Positions 48,201 to 61,400 of a DNA stretch of 64,000 nucleotides are shown one piece after another. This DNA comes from Anthoceros angustus (lineage: Eukaryota; Plantae; Anthocerotophyta). Below the pieces are notes generated by a model. The model searched no databases and was not told the origin of the DNA. It saw nothing but the letters and a program-made list of their open reading frames with translations. Each line of letters starts with the position of its first letter. Positions within the stretch are counted from its first letter, which is position 1. The stretch spans positions 154,855 to 218,854 of the forward strand of contig VJWM01000254.1 of assembly GCA_010909165.1 (NCBI GenBank), read 5' to 3'. A program made the position numbers and the translations under genes.

Positions 48201-50781
48201 ATGTGGCCGCCTGTACCTCAAACTGTAAGAACAAAGAACTGGACACACAGCTCGGTTGCTGCTTCTGTGAACTGGTGAAAGACAGTTGCACGTAAGGAAG
48301 ACCCTCTCTTTAATGTTTTGGGATTTGTCATCCACAGATGAAGGACTACATAGCAACACCAAAGCCTAATGGCTATCAGAGTCTTCACACAACTGTCATA
48401 CCTTTTGGCTCAAAGACATTCTTTCCGTTAGAAATTCAGGTACACGTAACTCTATTGCACCTAAAGAAATGGTTGGATGTTCAAGTGATTTGTAGATTGA
48501 TTTTGTCATTATTCTGCAGATTCGTACAGAAGAAATGGATAAACTTGCAGAATGGGGCATTGCGGCACTGCATAGTGGCAAGTGGGTGGAGCCTTGTGAT
48601 TCAGGCATGTACCAGAGGAATGCAGGGTCTGTAATCACTGGGCCTGGAACTGGGAACACTTTAACTGTCAGACATTCAACAAGCAGAGGCAGTGGCAGCT
48701 TTTTGAATGATGCTGACATAGCCCGCAGGGTAGGCAGCCTATCGGCAGAGCTCCACACATCAGCTGATGCATGTCTAGCCGATTGAGTAGCTTGACGGTT
48801 CAGTGTGTGAAGTCTAGGAATTTGTCTGCAGTCAAAAACTGGGGCCACCAGTCAGGATGCTGTTGAATTAAGTGTGAATAAATTATGTGATTGTTCAGGT
48901 AAGCTGGCTGAACTCCATTCGAGAATGGCAAGAGGAGTTCGTTGGCAACATGACCTCACGAGAATTTGTTGACACCATCACTGGTGATCTCCTTGGGAGC
49001 CGGGTCTTTGTGTTCACACCAAAAGGGGAGGTGCGGACCATCCTTACTTATGCCATACTCGTTTTCTTCTGAAGAAATCTGAGATTTAAGGTTGCTACGT
49101 GGGGTCAAGAAGGTATTTGCGGTGATTATTTGAGCTCCTTGATCTTGGCAGGTGAAAAATCTTCCAAAGGGAGCGACTGTCGTGGACTATGCTTATCAAA
49201 TACACACAGATGTTGGGAATCGCATGATAGCTGCAAAGGTCGCTATGAGTCTACCCATCAGTCAGTGTTTGCGTCTGCTCTGGTTCCCCCTGTATCTCTG
49301 TTTCACGTGTGACAGCTCTCTTGTGTCTGCAGGTCAATGGGCATTTGGTTTCTCCAACTCATACACTAGCAAATGCTGAAGTTGTGGAGATCGTAACATA
49401 TGATGTAAGTGACTAAAGGATTAGCTTCTAAGAGGTTACACATGCAGAACTTGGCAGGTTTGATTTGCATGATCAGGAAGTAAGTCATGTTGATATTGTG
49501 GTTGCTAGACTCAGCTGTTCGGAAGTTCTCTTCTGAGACTGGTGTTTGGCAGGGTGTTTCTACCAAGAGAATGTTTCAGCTCCATCGTCAGTGGCTGGAG
49601 TTTGCGAAGACAAGGAGTGCTCGGCATAAGTTGACAAAGGTTCGAGGCTGCCCTTTCGAACGTTTTGCAACCTTTATCCAGCATATGGTTCAGCTGGCTG
49701 AGATTGCATTACTTTCAATATCTTGCAGTTCTTGAGGGAGCAAGCTGCCCTGGTTGCTGATGAGATAACAGCGGAATCAGTAAAAGCTTTCGTATCTGAC
49801 ATGGAAGAGAACGTTCAAGGATCTCCTGACACTGAAGTTACTCAGCAAGCTCCTAATGTTTGGTTGACAAGTCCTATGCTAAGGTCAACAGCTATCTTGT
49901 TTGGCGAGGAGATCTACAAGAAATTTCCTGTCCCAACCTACCTTCGGTCAAATGGCACTGGTCCACAGGGTGCGGAGACTGGGAAGCCCATCACATATGT
50001 GAATGGCAGTGCCAACAAAGCTGCTGAACAGCGGGCAGTTAAGCTGTGCTCAGGACCTGGCAAATTGCTGCAAAATAGCAAGGCTGAATGTCATGATGCC
50101 ACAAAGAATGTGGTTAAGGTAGATGATAATGCAAAGTCGAGTATAGATCTCTGGAGAAGTGGGAGAATTGCGATGTGGGAGGGGTCTGGAACTTTCCTTT
50201 CGGTACACTGGTTCAGTATTTGCTGCATGGATCGTAAGAGTAAGCAGCTCACATGTCGTTGACTCCTTAAGTTCTTGATATCAAGAGCCCGACTTCACCT
50301 GTTGATTTGGTCGCCCTTTTACAGGCATGTTGGCGGAAGTGACAGCTGTTCTTGGAGCTGCCGGCATTCTCATCTGTGCTTGTGCAGTAAGTCTGGGCTA
50401 CATTTTTTCGTTTGGCCTTGGAAGGATCAGCATGGTCACAGTTATCCGCCTCATGTTTGTTCTTTCCATGTTGTAGGCTGAGACCGATAGACTGCGGGGC
50501 ATTGGAATCATGCTGTTCCACATAGAAGCTACTGACGAGCATCTGGTGAGTCAACCTTTGTCAATGTTTTCAAGGACAAGTCCACAAGGCTGCCTTTTTA
50601 TTGTGACATGCGTGGTGGAGGGCAAAGGTTCGTCTCCCTGGTTATTCGGTTGCGTCTCCACTTACTGTGCTCTTGTGTGCAGGTGGATGCATGTTCCAGT
50701 GTTGATAAAATCGAAGGTGTGTTGGATTGGGCAGTAGGTTGTAGTTGGCAAAATCCTCGGAGGTTTATTAGTACAACATAG
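45225..50781 (+). CDS. RSH1: RelA/SpoT homolog, RSH1 clade (HD-SYN-TGS-ACT), about 917 aa, 24 exons
   Basis: Exons 45225-45240, 45379-45584, 45671-45841, 45985-46050, 46184-46276, 46573-46704, 46789-46890, 47052-47129, 47221-47292, 47388-47495, 47600-47697, 47827-47887, 47984-48046, 48168-48224, 48338-48439, 48520-48729, 48899-49030, 49152-49238, 49333-49404, 49553-49639, 49729-50239, 50325-50386, 50477-50545, 50683-50781; all GT-AG and in phase. Motifs: [84 protein letters not shown] ([18 protein letters not shown]), ACT (DRKSMLAEV). The start may instead be the ATG at 45384. Confidence 0.95.
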
Positions 50782-51698
50782 TTTTGGCTTCTCCCGTCTC
50801 TCTTGTTCGTAAACCCTCATACTTCATAACCTCGTCTGTGGTGTTCGTAAACCTGAAATGACCTTGGTTTCGTGCGCGACTTCCGTTCTGTGTGAGGTGG
50901 AATTCTCTACAAGAACATAAATCCTTCATGTGCCAGTGTCGCAGCGGTTATGATCGTCAGCAAGTGACTGCACAAACCTGGTCACCGAAGCCCTGCCCCG
51001 CGAAAGAACGATTTAACTTGGACGTCTTCAACGGAGGGTGTCTGTCGGACCACACTCCCTGGCCGACGAACCCTCGTTCGGCGGAAGGACCCTTGAACTT
51101 CGACGTTTTCAACGAAGGACGAGTGTCTATCGGACCACATTCCCCGGCGAACAGAAAGTCTTTTCACCGGCCTGACCGGGGACGGGGCATTGCCGCTTTC
51201 CCTATCCACTGCCTCGCTCATCAACCGGCTTCCGGACTTGCCGGTTTCGGGGGAGAGACTTTGATCCGGATCCCGATCCCACGGCGCAGCAGGACAAGTT
51301 TTTTCCACACGCGATGATGTAAAATTGCAGAAATCCTGACCTGACTGACCCGGTTGTCCGTGCCTCGCGTGACTGCTCGGTCACCCTGCAAAACCGTTGT
51401 TATTCCACAACGGGGTTTGGTATTCCCTGCTAATTTCGCGACAGGACAGTCGACAGTGCAGGATTTGTGATTCATGGAGCGGTTCTTGTGCCCTGCTGAT
51501 TTCAAGTTCAAGTCGGGTCGCTGTTCACGCACTTGGACTCTGCTGCCACCGACCGGTTTTCGTTGGCTGCGGCAGCTGCAGCAGCTGCAGCGAATTTGAG
51601 GTCAACCTTGCATATCGCACCTATTGGTTAAACAATGGCCAGCTTCAAGTGATCAGCAGCGGAGGTCCGGGGTCTGGACATTCTCGATGTGAGTGGCG

Positions 51699-51883
51699 AT
51701 GGTCTCATATGTGGCTCTTGTAGCCATGCTATCATGTCTTATTCTCTTGCGACTGCCTGCTGTAGATGCGGACGACTTTAGAGTGGAGTGGAACGATCCG
51801 CATCTGATCATGAACCTCCATACCCACGGCCGAATCGTGGCACCTAAATCATATCCCCCGGTAGTTTTGGGCTTCCACCATAT
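51699..51883 (+). other. Possible orphan first exon encoding a signal peptide
   Basis: MVSYVALVAMLSCLILLRLPAVDA-DDFRVEWND..., ending at a GTGAGT donor; no downstream exons found. Confidence 0.3.
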
Positions 51884-52922
51884 GTGAGTTTCATGCTTCT
51901 CAACAACACAAAACTACATGTTAGTGAGGTCCACGTAAGTTCTCTTGCGTGGATCTTTATGTTACACCGTACTAGTCATTTTAATAATTGGAGTGAAGAT
52001 AATTTTTATATTAGGATCTTATTTCCCACCGTATAAGTTATTTTAATACTAAAGATAATCTGAGTTATTTTTTATCACTTATAGAGGAGTTTATCAAGGA
52101 AAAAAAAAGGAGTGAGATTTGCGAAGGTCCCTTTTCGGACAAATGAACGGAATTGGCACAATTTAGTTTCTCTATGGATACTTTGTACGTACTGGTTTTA
52201 TTTCATATGTATTTTATATGTAATAATATATAGAATATATAAAGAGTACAAAAAAAAGACAAAGCTTTTCCTTTATTCACTTTGGTACGCGCTTTGGCAG
52301 CATCTGGGCTATCCTTGGCTTGCAGATGAGCAAGACATTATTGTGCATGCCATGTGGTCCAACCAAGCACACATAGCAGCTTCTCATAGAATTTAGCAGA
52401 TCAGTATTAATATTAGTTTAAAAAAGACAACTATTGATGGATTCAGCAATCTAGAGCTTTAGTCCTTGTTTTTCTTGGTGATAATTTATACTCAAGTTAA
52501 ATTAGAAAAGAGAAAAATCCCTTAAACTGGAATCACAGCACCACATCATCAGCTACGCCTGAAAGAAACTAAACTACATGTTAAATATGAACAACTGGAA
52601 TGGGGTAAAGCCCACAAACGAGTCCAGAAACCGGCTCCAAAAGGCTTCAAACACGCTAGAGTGGGCTAGACTTGCTAGAACCAAGTAACCGTCGGTCCGT
52701 AAGCATCACGAACAACGTTATTGTCCTTGTTTGTATGCTCCTCGTGAACGTGTATATCTCATGATAAAGTAGGTGCTTCAGGCTATGTAGAGATAAATCT
52801 AAAATCAACAAACTTAAGATAAATCTAAAATCAACAAACTTAAACTCTGACCATATGCTCTAATCACCTATACTAATTATGTAGAGATAAATCTAAAATC
52901 AAGAAACTTAAACTCTGATCAC

Positions 52923-53930
52923 CTATGCTAATGATTTCTTGTTCTCGAGGAGCTCCTTAAAAAAAGGGATGTAGTACAGCTTCTATAACTGTGATTCTCT
53001 CTGCAGGGTCGAAAGTAAGAAGTTGCTTAAGTAGCGACAAGGCCATAGGATCTGCTGTAGGAAGTCTTTTTGTAAAGAACCTATCTAAGGCTTGAGGAAA
53101 TAAATGTGCAATGCTAAGTTTTTTATAAGTGATTCTTGTTTTTTTCTAGATCTATAGGAATTATTTGTCCTCGTTGTAGTATTTTTGCGAAAATATATCC
53201 TAGACTCCAAATATCAACTCCTGAAGTGTATGTTACGCTAAACTCCTTGGAAAATTCCTCTGAAGCCCTGTAACTGGGAGTTGCAAAGGAGTAACCAGAT
53301 AGCTGCAAAGGGATTTCATATTGATTACTTGGAGTAACATGACCTTCTCCAAAATAACACATTTTAACTAAACCATCAGAATGTACTAATATACTAGGAC
53401 CGTCAATCCTCACCATGTATTCCAGACTCTTACCCAACTTGCCTGCACAGATTTCGAGAACCTAGCTAGTGGTCACCAAAAAGGCTCCTTGGTCTTCAAT
53501 TTATTAGGTCCTATGCAAGTCCCACATTCTCTGCATCCCTTTGGCCCTAAGCACTCGCATAAAAGAAGAGCAACTTGCCTTACAAAGCCCAAAACATTCT
53601 AGTCTATGCCTCCAAAACGGATGCACCGGGCTGCACATGCAACCCTCAAGTGTATTTCCTATGCCTTAGGTAGCTGGAAGGACGAAGGCGGAGTTGAGGA
53701 GTGGACAACCCCGATCCTGCCTTGCTTGAAGGTGACTTTGGAGGCGCCAGAGATCAACATCGATCACATGCAAATATTCTACTACGGTGGAGGATTCGAT
53801 GAAGCAAGTTTTGCTAGTTCCCACATTTTCACTAGTTGTTGAATATACTCCCCCAATAGATCCTTTGCCTAAATATTTTATTACGTGGTATGAAAATTGA
53901 GCACCATAATTTGAAAAATTGATCAATTGA
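52923..53930 (-). pseudogene. MAP kinase-like pseudogene with an unrelated insertion of about 400 bp
   Basis: YHVIKYLGKGSIGGVYS (subdomain I), ILVHSDGLVKMCYFG (DFG lost), ATPSYRASE, YTSGVDIWSLGYIF, ADPMALSLLKQLLTFDPAERITVIEAVLHPFF; stops and frameshift; middle subdomains missing. Confidence 0.8.
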
Positions 53931-54812
53931 TTATGTAGAACTATTTATGTTTTTTGATGTACCAAAATTGAAAAAGAAAAAAATGGTTTCAAAAACTGCC
54001 AGCAAAGTGAGAAATCATAAAATGAATGCACAACATGCCTTTTTGGTGATAAATATCTTCAAATTTGAAAAGTGCACACATAAGCAACGCGGAAGAAAGC
54101 ACAAGTATTAAAAAATATCTTCAATTGGTGGGAAACACCCATTTTGAAAGTTTTCGAAATCGCATAGTAAGTTTGGTGATCTAAGACAAGCAAGTCCTGG
54201 ATCACAAGTCCTGGATCACCTGGATACCTAAGCTTGATATGCGATTGGTGGTCTTGCACAAATGAACTCATACAAGTGAGTTCTCGTTGAAGTTTAAATA
54301 CTTTCTTGTATTAACACTCAATGTTTTAACTTGACGACCAAACATCCATATATACTAGATAGAGTTCTTCATTAGTTATGAAATTCTTTTTTTTTCAAAA
54401 GTTGGATAATTATTTTTTTAAATAATTTTAATATATATTCGTAAGGTATTTTTATTATATGAATATGATCTTGATTATTATGCTCTCTGCAAAACTATGC
54501 TAATTTCCCTACCCCGAGACTTTGCATAAGCCATTCTTATGTTAGTTAAGTTACATGTTGTTTATGCTAGGTTAACTCACCTATCCCAAGTGATACTATG
54601 TCGTGTTTAGTAAGTCACACTATTCCCCTCCAAAGCCGCACACTTCTTCTCAACTTCATCTCAATTCCTATGAGTTGGAAATTGCCACTCGAAGATACTC
54701 TGAATCTATAGTCACGTTTAACGTACAATTTGCCTTTGTTAATCCCTTCTACATAAATATTTCCTTTTGGACAATGTTAAAAGATTTGAATGACTATCAA
54801 TCAAAATCTATA

Positions 54813-55088
54813 AAAATCTTCATCATCAAGGATTCTCATCACTTGTTCGGGTTCATACAACATGGCCGCCTTTACCTCATACCACAAGAACACTGAATAT
54901 CAGAGCTTGGTTGCTGGTTCTTTTTATGTACACCATCAAAAGACAAAGGGATGTAGGAAGGGCTTCTCGTTCATGTCTCAAATTAGATTTGTCATCTAAA
55001 TATTGAGGCTTTGGTATAGCAACACCAAAGCTTTATCACTATGAGAGTCTTCACACCACTTTCCATACTTTTGGCTCAAAATCACTCT
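54813..55088 (+). pseudogene. Decayed local copy of RSH1 exon 14, intron and exon 15
   Basis: TGGCCGCCTTTACCTCA, GATTTGTCATC, ATAGCAACACCAAAGC, AGAGTCTTCACAC and TTTTGGCTCAAA are collinear with 48150-48425. Confidence 0.8.
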
Positions 55089-55423
55089 GTAAGTATGTGA
55101 GCATTGTGTATGAGTTTGTGGCAGCTTTGTAGTGACTTTGATATATGCATGCTCTGGTAGCTATGGTAGGTATAAAAGCTATTGTAGGTAGGAACTTCTT
55201 TTATAGGTTGGAGGCATTGTGGGTGTGAAGGGTGCTAAGCATTTCTGTAATCTAGTTATATGCAACTGACTGGGTAAAACTTCGATGCATTGCATTTAAG
55301 TTACAAACCACTGCATGTCAGGTACTCGAAAGCAACCTGAATAAATTGTCAAACCAACAAGCCTGTATGCTAGAAGACTAGTTATTTCAGTCTGATGGTA
55401 AGTAGTCCTGAAGGAACGAACTT

Positions 55424-58400
55424 CTACGACGTTTGACGTGGTGGTGGAGCCAGGCCTAACCATGAGGCTTCAAACTGGCCTCCGAATGTCTTGCTTAGCT
55501 GCAGACCGTGAAGTGGAGAGGAGGCGCTGTCCCTGGATTTCCCAGCAACAATTTGAGTACCTGCACCTGGAGAATGTAGCACTGGCACCTGTAACCTTCT
55601 TCCACTTATGGTCATCGTTGACTTCGGGCTGCTAAGGTCAGCTGATGAAGAAGGAAGTGTTACCAAGTTGGACGACTTGGCAGGGCTCGAACAGGTGGCA
55701 GTCACGGACAGAGAAAGCTGCGTGGACAACTCTTTGTCCTGCAAGATAATTGGCCGCAGACTTCCTGGACCTGAGCTCGTCTCACCACCTTTGCGCCTTT
55801 TCGCCGCCGGAAATACGTCCAGGCCTGGCGATGAGCTCCCTCGCTTTCCAGAAGATGTTTTTCCTTGTCTGCTGTTATATGGATCATGGGCCATGTCGCC
55901 ATTGTGGATAGTTCCTGGGCTTCGTCCAGGCTCGGCGTTGGATACTACCTGCAAATCCAATTGCAAGTTTCTTGCTAGTCTCCTCTCTAAGATGCCCGGA
56001 TGAATTTCCACATCATTGCAATCCCGTTGTTTGGGCTCATTCGATGTAGATGCCATCCTTCCCGGCGTCAAATATAATTCAACCCTCCCTACGTCTGAAC
56101 CGGTAACAGGAAACTCTTGACGGGGACCATCCACTAATGGTTCTGAGTCCCCGAGAATGCTGACATTATGCTCAGAGTTCTCTTGCTGGTGCTGGTGCTG
56201 ATAGTCTGCCCGAAGAGTGGATCTCGCCTGTGATGGACTTAATTGGCTGTCTCCAAGCCCTTCATAAATACTTGGCTGGTGTGACTCCAAGTGACGGTTA
56301 TCCCCATTAGAGAATGCTTCGTGCAGGTTTACCTGATGCTGAAAGAGGCTACTTATATACTTTTTCGGAGGCAGTCTTAGCAGCATCTGAATACTCTCAG
56401 GACCAGGTGCCATAGAAGACCCAGCAGCTGCTGGCAGCAGGGGCAACAGAAAATCTTGCATGCTAAAACTTCCAGTCGAAGCCATGGGTGCGCTAGTATT
56501 TGGCCAAGCAAAGCCACTCAGAGGTTTTGGGAGCTGTAACTCAACCTGCCCTTTCTGGACGTTGTCCGAGTCCACCCGTGCAAGTTCACCATGCGGGTCC
56601 GGGACAGACCTGCCGCTCTTATCACAGGATGCCCTCGTTGTATCTGCACCCTCATTTCCGCTGCTTGTGCTTCCCGATCCGGAGCAGTATTTCGCTACAT
56701 TGGTTGCCTGGTCGAATGACGACGATATATGAAGTGCGTTAGCCGCCGGCCCCTGGGGACAGGTGTCCTTCACCTGGCCATACTTTTGATTCTGCTGCTG
56801 GAATCCCATAGCCTTCATGATGAATTGCATATCCTCCTATGTACACGAAACGGAGCTGTAAGATGCCACAGAAAACATGCCAAGCAAACGAGCACACGCA
56901 TAGGTATACGACATGTAGTTGCGGACGTACCTGTATCCGGTTTACAACCTTGCACATCAGTGAGAGTTGAGCCTCCATATCGATCTTGGCTGCCTCCATT
57001 TGGTCAAACCGCATCTTCCACTCCTATTCGAACGGGAAAGCCGGGAAGATACTTCAGACAAGCATTGCGCGTCAGAGCGGAAGTCAGAGAACATTTCAAG
57101 TGTGCTAGGTACCTCAGAAATGCTCTGGACTTGAGACCCAAATTTTTCTATATGCTCTTGGTCACGTCTGTCTTGCTTGCGTAATCTGTTTGCAGACATA
57201 CAGGTAACTATAGTAAGTTTGAGATAAATTGCTGAAGCATCAATACTAGAAGTCGCTGCGGTGCAATTTGGTCCAAAACACAGTGCTGTGCTTAGTTCAG
57301 GCGCTTTCAAATCGTGGAGACTAGATATATACCCTCCCATTTGACTTTGGCTCAAATCCACATTCTGCTCCTCGAGCTGATAGACTTCATGCTGATCCGC
57401 ATCTACGTTCGACTGCAAGAAGTAGCCCAAATTAGAAACTTTCAGGCAATATGGAGATTCTGCGGGAGACCTCTATGTGCTGCAGTGTCTGTAGACGTAC
57501 AGGAACAGGTTACCAGGTATCTAGAGAACAAGATAGTGCAACAGTTCTGAGACAAACGAGTTTAGCATATAGATTGAATACAGACCGAGTTTACAGATTT
57601 CCTCCGCTAATAACCAACCCCCCTTTAGACCTTTCAATACAGCAATGGGTTAAGGGGTTTCAGCGAGCAGTTATTACTTTACGGAGGGAAGCAGACTGGT
57701 GACTCAGGATCCGGTTCTCAAATTCCCTGCGGATCAGCGTCATTTCTAATTCCATTTTCTGCGTAAGAGTTTATAACAACATTCGCATTCATGAGACTCT
57801 GAATTAGTTGAAGACTCTACAATGACGTCGAATTCAAATCCATCCGCACAATACATTCTGACATGCATCTGACATGCATTACGGTAAGTTTACACAACTG
57901 TTTCACTGGATGTAGGATATGTGGATAAGGGCTTTTCCAACCTAGCTAGTTTCGAGCAGCATACATTTCAAGGGTGTAGGGATGTCTTTCTTACCTCGAA
58001 CTTCTCCTTCATGTCCGGTTTAAACTCCGTTTGTCCACTTTCAACCAGGACCTTCCTCTGTTCTGATAGCTCATGGGCACTCGTCTTTGCCGTCACCTTT
58101 TTGGTCAGGTCTTTCACTTGAACAGAGAGGGATTTCATTTCACTGTTCATGTCGTAGAACATTCGAATTAGATATCCGAAGATTTGACGTTGTCTGCACT
58201 TTAGGACTCTCATGAGATATGAAATCCATATTTGCAGCTGAAAGAACGGATGTCACAGACATGAACGATGCACAAGTTAGGAATTCCTCTGACCTCCGCA
58301 TTTTGGATACCATTTCCTGAAGGCGCTTCATCTCCGCAGCTTCCGTGGCAGACATCCCTTGGGTGTAGATGTACTCGCCCCTGGCAGGTACTCTGTCTCC

Positions 58401-61400
58401 AGGCTTCCAGCCGGGCGGTGGAATCCACGAGGGATCATCTATTCCAGCTGCTTTCCTGACCTCCATTAGACTAGCATCTTCAAGCCAATACTCCATGGCT
58501 CCATCGGCGTTGTAAGTTCGCCTGAAACGTTCACCAGAATTGACGATAGTATCCGTCATGTGTTTTAGAAGGTGATCGAGGAGCCCTGTGTCTCCGATGT
58601 GTTTCCTCGCCTCTTCCCTTAGAGCAGGTCGGAGAATAGGCTTTCCTGGTATAGCACCACGCTGATGCATGATCTCTATAAGTTTCAGCTGGGCTGATTT
58701 GTATCTGTTCAAAACAACATTCAAATGATAAAGCGGTCATCTCCTAAGACAGTATCACCTCTAAAGTATTGCGCCTTCAAAAAGAGACAACTGAAAATTC
58801 AAGAGGATTTGGCTCCGCGTGTAGGTAAAACACCTTTCACTGGACCACCTTCCCTGCATTTCCTTCGGGAGTTTCAGGATACTGGCAATCGTAGCAGGTT
58901 TGGTACTCGGCTCCTTAGTAATCATGCTCACATCGGTTGCCATCGATGAGGAAGGCCCATTGCTCTCCGGATTTGGTTGACTTTTGTTTGCTTTGCCTGC
59001 TTTGGAAGATTTTCTTTTCCGAGAAGCAGCTTCCAGCTTGTCGTGTTCATGATCAACCGGAACAACGGTTCCACAGCTGGGATTCCCTCGAAACTTGACT
59101 TTTCTTCTCGAGCCCCAGGTGATTTCTTCGTCGAGTTCCTCTCTCTTGAGCCTCTCTGCATCGGACGCTGCATGCCTGGCAATAAGGTCTATCCCGGACA
59201 GCAGTATGGACCCATCCATTCCACTTGTTACCCTTGAAGGCCTGTGGTCGTTCAGTCTGTCAATCATGTCGAGATTCCGCTGTGGATCGACATTTTCTTG
59301 TCCGCGCCGTTTTGCTGGTCCAAGATATGTTTGGTTACGGCTTTCTCTCAACTGCTCAAAATATGTAGGCTGTTGCGCTGCGGCTCCTTTACCAAGAGGG
59401 CTTGCGCTCTTTCCATCCATGGGGAAGTCGAGAAATTGAGCAAGCTGTAGAAGTTTTCCGTCAGGATGAGAGCACGGCAGCAGCTTCTGGCGTCGTGTTT
59501 GTAGGCCATGTGCATGCTGAGTCGATGCCCCTTCCTGGCCTTGAAAAAGTGGAATCCCATGGCGATGCTGCGGATTGATATGAGCCCTTGACGACAGAAA
59601 CTCCCTTGTAGCTGAAATGTGCCCTTGAGCATTTCTTGAGGGCGAACTGGTAGTTACAGTCGACTCGTACTCAAAGCTCAAGCATGACTTCAGTGAGCCT
59701 GTGAATTCTGCTTTGCTTGCCTGCCCACCGCCACGGTGGTCTGCCACCCAAAAAGTCCGGAGGTGACCCTGGTGCAGACTTTCCGTGCAGGAAAGCTGCC
59801 GCACCAAGACGTCTTTGGCTCGCTCGGTAGTGAAGGTAAATTGTTCATCCATTTCGGGTTTGGTGCCCATCACAGTCAGCTCTGTTGGGGTTCTTGCCTG
59901 GTTGTCGACCACAGGTGCGTCTGACCTGTTGACACCAAAATACATGTCGAGAGAGGCCGCACTCGGATACTTCACGGTGACATTCATGCTCGTCGTCTCT
60001 GCAACCTGTACAGCAGGCATCCACAACAAATGCACCAGTTCAGAGAAGTGTGCACTCCCATCCAAGGGACTTCACAATGTGAACATTGTATATCCAGAGT
60101 GACATCCGGAGTCTGCTGTTGGAAGATGCTCATACCATTACAACCCGGACCAGCTTTATGCTGGGCGGAGCTTCTGCAGGTAAGCTTCCATGGGCAATCT
60201 CGAAAATAGTTCCAGCCTGTCGCAATTCCTCATCACACGAATCGAACAGTCCAGTATGCATAGTCTGCGAATCTGAGGCTCCAAGGTCCTCCTCCTTCAA
60301 GGTAAAGAAACCATCCTTACTTTCCGCAGAATAGGTGTATCCACAGACGTAGACATCCAGAGGCCCTGACGGTCTGGACGAGACAGAAGAGTGCATCAGC
60401 AAAAGGGGTGGGATCACGTTGACAAAAAAAGGCAGAAGGAGACTCCCAAAACGAAAACGAGAACGTAAGAAAGAAAGGTGGGTGCGGGGGACAGGGTTCG
60501 GCATACTTCAACCGTAACTTGGCGTGCTCTCTCCGGCTGATGACTTTGCAGCGTCCAAGCACATGGTCTGCTGGCTGCGTGTCAAAATAATCCGTGTCTG
60601 AGCAAATCCGTTAAGTCCTGACAGAGACGCAACCCTGGAGGACCCAGACGCTTCGAGAAGCGCGACGCGAGCAGCTAATTGGACAAATGAATTGCTCCGC
60701 TCTAAGGCGATGGATCTCCATGCTTTCACGACTCTTTTCGGTGGCCGTTGTACAGATCTGTAGGCCCACGCAACAGAGACTCTCTAATCGACCTCACAAT
60801 AACAAAAAAAAACAGCTGCGCGCACCACGCCATCATCAGGACGCGTGCGACATCGCTATACCAAAACCGAAAGGACGTAGATCCAGCTCCACTGAAAATA
60901 ACAAAAGAAAGGATACGAAACACCTCGTCCTTGCCGAGGTCTGGAGGAAGGGGATGAGATACGTCAGCCGGTCGGTAGAACCTGCGTTGCAGGCGGGGCA
61001 CACAAGCGTCACACACACCTGGTAACAGCCTCCCATCCATGCATAGTAGCGGGGCGGGGGGATCCCAGACGAGGAAAGAAGCCTCTCACCAGCGAACCTG
61101 CAGCAGCGCCTTGCCCTGGTCGTCGCGCGACCTGCTCTCGATTCTGGCAATGTAAGGTTCTAGCTGAGAATCCGCTGGGTACAAGTAGATGTAGTCACCT
61201 GTTCACACAGCGGCGGCGCAGAGGTTAGCCCGGACAGCAAGCTCAAGCTCAAGCGCAGGGCAGGGCAGGGCGCACCGAGAGCAGCAAACAAACGAAGACG
61301 GCTTGAAGGCAAACAAAGAAGAAGAAGAAGAAGCTGAGATAGATGCTGGACATGTATGCGCTGAGCACTTCAACCTGGCGTCCAGACCGACCGCGTGCAC

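Noticed and set aside
14753-50781. Bacterial relA/spoT contamination or recent horizontal transfer
   Set aside because: Both genes have spliceosomal introns and plant RSH-specific N-terminal motifs.
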